In this document: piece after piece, positions 60,723 to 64,000 of the stretch
How the letters are laid out: each line of letters opens with the position of its first letter
How positions within the stretch are numbered: the stretch's first letter is position 1
Assembly (NCBI GenBank): GCA_017537175.1
Contig: JAFYLH010000010.1
Span: 15,740-79,739 of the forward strand
Origin: Clostridia bacterium
GTDB lineage: Bacteria; Bacillota; Clostridia; Oscillospirales; CAG-272
DNA length: 64,000 bases
Direction: 5' to 3'
Position numbers and translations under genes: made by a program
Notes under the pieces: generated by a model
What the model saw: the letters and a program-made list of their open reading frames with translations, nothing else
Told to the model about the DNA's origin: nothing
Database searches by the model: none

Positions 60723-63466
60723 TGGAAAATATCTTTTTAAGCTTTCTAAATATAAGCATAACCGCGGGCTGGATAGTTCTGGCGGTAGTTATCCTGAGAT
60801 TATTACTTAAAAAAGCACCCAAGTGGATAAGCTGTCTTTTGTGGGCGGTGGTGGGAATAAGGCTGGTTCTTCCCTTTTCTATAGAGAGTATATTCAGCCT
60901 TATACCGGCCAAGACCACCGTTGACCCGAATATTGTATATCAGGCAGAGCCCACGGTAAATACCGGCATTGATGCGGTAAACTCGATGGTCAATCCTATA
61001 ATTACAAGCAGCTTTGCTCCCAATCCCGGGGACTCGGCAAATCCTCTGCAGATCTGGACATTTATTGCGGCGTGGGTATGGGTAATAGGTATAGGCTTAA
61101 TGCTTCTCTATACCCTTATAAGCTACATCGCCTTAAGGGTAAAGGTAAGAGCTGCAGTAAAGCACGAGGGTAACATCTATCAGAGCGAAAGGGTGTCCTC
61201 TCCCTTTATTTTAGGCGTTATAAGGCCGAGGATATATCTGCCCTTTAAGATATCAAAGGAGGATATAGACCATGTTGTGGCTCACGAAAGGGCGCATCTA
61301 AAGCGCTGTGACCATCTTATAAAGCCGATAGCATTTGTACTTTTGTCGGTGTATTGGTTTAACCCTCTTATGTGGGTGGCATATATTCTTCTCTGCCGTG
61401 ATATAGAGCTTGCCTGCGACGAAAGGGTCATAGGCCGTATGGAGCATACCCAAAAGCAGGAATACTCAAAGGCTCTGCTTGATCTGAGTGTAAGACGCAT
61501 AAACGTTGCAGGGTGTCCCCTTGCCTTTGGCGAGGTGGGAGTAAAGCAGCGTATAAAGAATGTAATGAACTACAAAAAGCCTGCGTTTTGGATAATAATA
61601 GCGGCTCTTATAGTATGTATTGTTGTAAGCGTATGCTTTTTGACAGATCCGGTCGATAATAATATAAAACTATACGAATTAGAAGAAGGTAGAGTTTTTA
61701 TAAATATTTACGATAATATAGATCATATAGAGATAAACGATGATGCGCTGATATATTTGAGCACCAACGATACCCAGGTGGAACTGATAAAAAACAGACT
61801 TTTTGAAATAGAGATATCTGCCTCTGAAATTTCACAAAGTCGAAGTGAGGATCGGGACAAAATCCGCAGAATATATCTGCATTACAATCAGGACGGTACA
61901 TCCATAACCTCTATATACTTCAATGCTGATTGCACACAGCTCTGGATAGATGACGGAGTAAAACCCACCTATACTTACAGAGTTATAAATCCTGAAGCTG
62001 TAATTGATATTTTTGAGGGGAATTATCTGCCGCAAGTCACCAAAGCTGACGATCCTATATCATATAACAATATAGAAAATTGTATCCTTGAGCACAACAA
62101 GGATGCTTATCTCAAGGGAGATGTGGGGGTTTGCACTTACCGTGAGCTTCTCACCGAGGGCAGAGACGGCAAGATGTATATTTATCTTATGACCCTATAC
62201 GGTGAATATACACAGAACGATGATACCGGAGATATAGAGCTTATAAGCGGCGGTGCTGCTCCCGTAATGCTGACCTTTGAGCTTGAGAACGGAGAATATA
62301 TTTGTACCGAATATTATTCAAAGGAAAAGGGCTTTGAAAAGGATTTTCCCGAAGCGGCACTAAAAGCCCGTGACTCTGTCGATATGGACGAGATGTGGGC
62401 AGAGCTTGAAAACAAGGCAACACAGCAGTTAACAAGCGTAGTTTATTATTACAGCGACGGAGAGTCTGCACTTAAATCCGCATCCCTGGTCCTCTGGGGA
62501 AAGGAAAACTTTCAGTTTTCCTATTCCTATTTATCAAGCAATCTGTGTATGGGTAAATACACCCGTGAGGGCAACAAGCTGGTGCTGCGTGAGGATGACA
62601 GCGACAAGGTATATACCTTTATAATAAATGACAGAGAGCTTGGCAAATTGGTCTTTGATGCCGGAAATTCCTCGGAATTGCCTAAGTACAAGTACGGTAC
62701 GAATGCCCAACCCGAGGTGTGTCTGCCTGACGGTGCAGTTTTTAAAACAGCGGTTAATATAGATGCAAGCTATGATGCGATCTTGGATGTAGAGATTATA
62801 GACGGAGTTGTTTATACTCTACATGTAAATTCAAAGTTAGTAACTGAAAACAAGGTCAACACCTGTGGCAGTGTTATACTGATATCATTGATCGAAACCA
62901 TAAGCGACGATGTTGCAAATAAAAGAACCGACGGTGCTTTTCTCTCCACACCTATAAATAAAGCCATAGTTGATATAGACTATCCCTACACCGAAACGGG
63001 CAGGGACGGAACCACGGTCAGCGCCTATGAATATCATCTGAAGGATGTTCCGGCAGGAACTACCGTACACGTAACTATAACAAAAGAACTCCAAGAAAGA
63101 TTAGGTCTTGAAAGTGACGTTATAGAGATCACAACGGTTGAAAACCAAGTTAATACCGAGTCGGATATCTATACCGAGGATGATATTTTATCCGCCGCAG
63201 CCGTGATAGAAAAGGATTTTGAGGCAGGCTGGCAGGGATGCGTTCTGAACGAAATATATTATGCGGGGGATGAAAAGTCAAAGGAATATCAGGATTGGGC
63301 TGACAGAAATGATGCCGATGAAGCTCTGGTGCTTCTCTCCTCCTTCTACGTTGACCAAAGCTGTCCCATAGGCTCCTTAAACAAAGGCAATATCTACTCA
63401 AACTGGATGTGGATACTTGTCAGAACAGACGGCGGCGAGTGGATACACGTAGACCATGGGTACTAA
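60722..63466 (+). CDS. BlaR1/MecR1-like M56-family membrane metalloprotease with a roughly 600-aa C-terminal ectodomain of unknown type
   Basis: 4 TM helices plus the zinc motif VAHERAHLKRCDH. I did not see a penicillin-binding SxxK sensor motif in the C-terminal part. Confidence 0.8.
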   Translation: MENIFLSFLNISITAGWIVLAVVILRLLLKKAPKWISCLLWAVVGIRLVLPFSIESIFSLIPAKTTVDPNIVYQAEPTVNTGIDAVNSMVNPIITSSFAPNPGDSANPLQIWTFIAAWVWVIGIGLMLLYTLISYIALRVKVRAAVKHEGNIYQSERVSSPFILGVIRPRIYLPFKISKEDIDHVVAHERAHLKRCDHLIKPIAFVLLSVYWFNPLMWVAYILLCRDIELACDERVIGRMEHTQKQEYSKALLDLSVRRINVAGCPLAFGEVGVKQRIKNVMNYKKPAFWIIIAALIVCIVVSVCFLTDPVDNNIKLYELEEGRVFINIYDNIDHIEINDDALIYLSTNDTQVELIKNRLFEIEISASEISQSRSEDRDKIRRIYLHYNQDGTSITSIYFNADCTQLWIDDGVKPTYTYRVINPEAVIDIFEGNYLPQVTKADDPISYNNIENCILEHNKDAYLKGDVGVCTYRELLTEGRDGKMYIYLMTLYGEYTQNDDTGDIELISGGAAPVMLTFELENGEYICTEYYSKEKGFEKDFPEAALKARDSVDMDEMWAELENKATQQLTSVVYYYSDGESALKSASLVLWGKENFQFSYSYLSSNLCMGKYTREGNKLVLREDDSDKVYTFIINDRELGKLVFDAGNSSELPKYKYGTNAQPEVCLPDGAVFKTAVNIDASYDAILDVEIIDGVVYTLHVNSKLVTENKVNTCGSVILISLIETISDDVANKRTDGAFLSTPINKAIVDIDYPYTETGRDGTTVSAYEYHLKDVPAGTTVHVTITKELQERLGLESDVIEITTVENQVNTESDIYTEDDILSAAAVIEKDFEAGWQGCVLNEIYYAGDEKSKEYQDWADRNDADEALVLLSSFYVDQSCPIGSLNKGNIYSNWMWILVRTDGGEWIHVDHGY

Positions 63467-63473
63467 TTTAACG

Positions 63474-63499
63474 GATATCCGTGCATCCGCACGGATATC
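63474..63499. repeat. 11-bp-stem hairpin preceding a heptad array
   Basis: GATATCCGTGC-atcc-GCACGGATATC, 8 nt after the blaR1-like stop. Confidence 0.8.
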
Positions 63500-63541
63500 T
63501 TCCTTAATTCTGCATTCTGCATTCTGCACTCTGCATTAAAA
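63500..63541 (+). repeat. Heptad array (TTCCTTA ATTCTGC ATTCTGC ATTCTGC ACTCTGC ATTAAAA)
   Basis: 7-bp periodicity starting with the TTCCTTA junction directly after the hairpin. Confidence 0.9.
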
Positions 63542-63542
63542 C

Positions 63543-63580
63543 AAATAAGGAACTGCAACGCAGTTCCTTATTTATTTTCT
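63543..63580. terminator. Bidirectional terminator between the blaR1-like and dtxR-like genes
   Basis: AATAAGGAACTGC-aac-GCAGTTCCTTATT followed by TATTTT. It overlaps the dtxR-like stop codon. Confidence 0.7.
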
Positions 63581-63936
63581 ATAAACCTTTTAAGACATTC
63601 CACCGTTTCGGATGAAATATAATGCTCGATTCGGCAGGCATCCTCCTCGGCTGTTTCCTTGGATACACCTACAAGCATAAGCGCCTTTGCCAGTATTGTG
63701 TGGCGGGCGTAGACCTCCTCTGCTACCCTTTGTCCCTCGTCGGTTAAGTGGATATAGCCGTCGGGGTCAATGCTTATCATACCGCCGTTTTTAAGTATTC
63801 CCATGGCGCGGCTGACACTTGGCTTTGAATAGCCTGTGTGATTGACCACATCTATTGAACGGACATTTGCCTTTTCGCGGGAGAGCACCAGTATAGTTTC
63901 AAGGTACATCTGTCCCGATTCCTGTATATTCATCAT
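63568..63936 (-). CDS. DtxR/MntR-family metal-dependent transcriptional repressor (no SH3-like C-domain)
   Basis: ESGQMYLETILVL...VRSIDVVNHTGYSKPSVSRAM wHTH followed by a metal-binding/dimerisation helix region. RBS is GAGGAG. Confidence 0.82.
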   Translation of the reverse strand: MMNIQESGQMYLETILVLSREKANVRSIDVVNHTGYSKPSVSRAMGILKNGGMISIDPDGYIHLTDEGQRVAEEVYARHTILAKALMLVGVSKETAEEDACRIEHYISSETVECLKRFIENK

Positions 63937-64000
63937 CTGAACTCCTCGGGTAAAAATTCTGCATCTATAACATCACGCACTATATCGCTCAGACTTTCCT
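63933..64000 (-). CDS. 3' end of an upstream gene truncated by the window edge; unknown
   Basis: The minus-strand frame is open from nt 64000 (...ESLSDIVRDVIDAEFLPEEFR*). Its TGA overlaps the ATG of the DtxR-like gene (ATGA overlap). Confidence 0.4.
   Translation of the reverse strand, partial: ESLSDIVRDVIDAEFLPEEFR

Overview
This 64-kb segment looks like chromosome from a Gram-positive anaerobe. A Clostridia-like Firmicute is my best guess, based on SLH-anchored, Listeria-Bacteroides-repeat and BspA-LRR surface proteins, ECF-transporter/truA, ruvCAB, argGH, ackA and an archaeal-type proS. I cannot name the taxon without a database search. I support 55 protein-coding regions (two truncated by the window edges, one 50-aa gene absent from the ORF track) and one tRNA-Gln(UUG). 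Product calls come from motifs read by eye in the translations. I recognised no transposase, integrase, cas gene, reverse transcriptase or known defence gene. The unusual content is non-coding, where most larger intergenic spacers carry a modular repeat system. (1) There are 14 tandem arrays of 7-bp units sharing an AYTC core plus an array-specific 3-nt tail, usually joined to a hairpin by TTCCTTA/TAAGGAA. (2) A hairpin with an invariant stem, GAAAACCGC-N4-GCGGTTTTC, occurs 5 times with different loops. (3) There are arrays of a constant 7-mer (GCGATAT, TCGATAT, GTTATGA) followed by a hairpin whose stem sequence changes in every unit. (4) A 71-nt element occurs twice, and its internal hairpin differs by three compensatory base-pair changes. 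(5) A 53-nt element occurs twice in inverted orientation. These arrays bracket small cassettes: an AT-rich pair of small genes (Cys-rich 51-aa protein plus ribbon-helix-helix protein), a promoter-equipped tRNA-Gln nested inside duplicated tRNA fragments, and a 50-aa Cys/Gly-rich gene. They also sit inside normally compact operons (argG/argH, ruvC/ruvA). The main protein-level oddity is a full-length P-type ATPase homologue in which every catalytic motif (DKTGT, TGES, TGD, GDGxND) is substituted; it is translationally abutted to a zinc-ribbon Clp/Hsp100 ATPase. All functional interpretations of the repeats are hypotheses and need genome-wide repeat searches, covariance modelling and transcript mapping.
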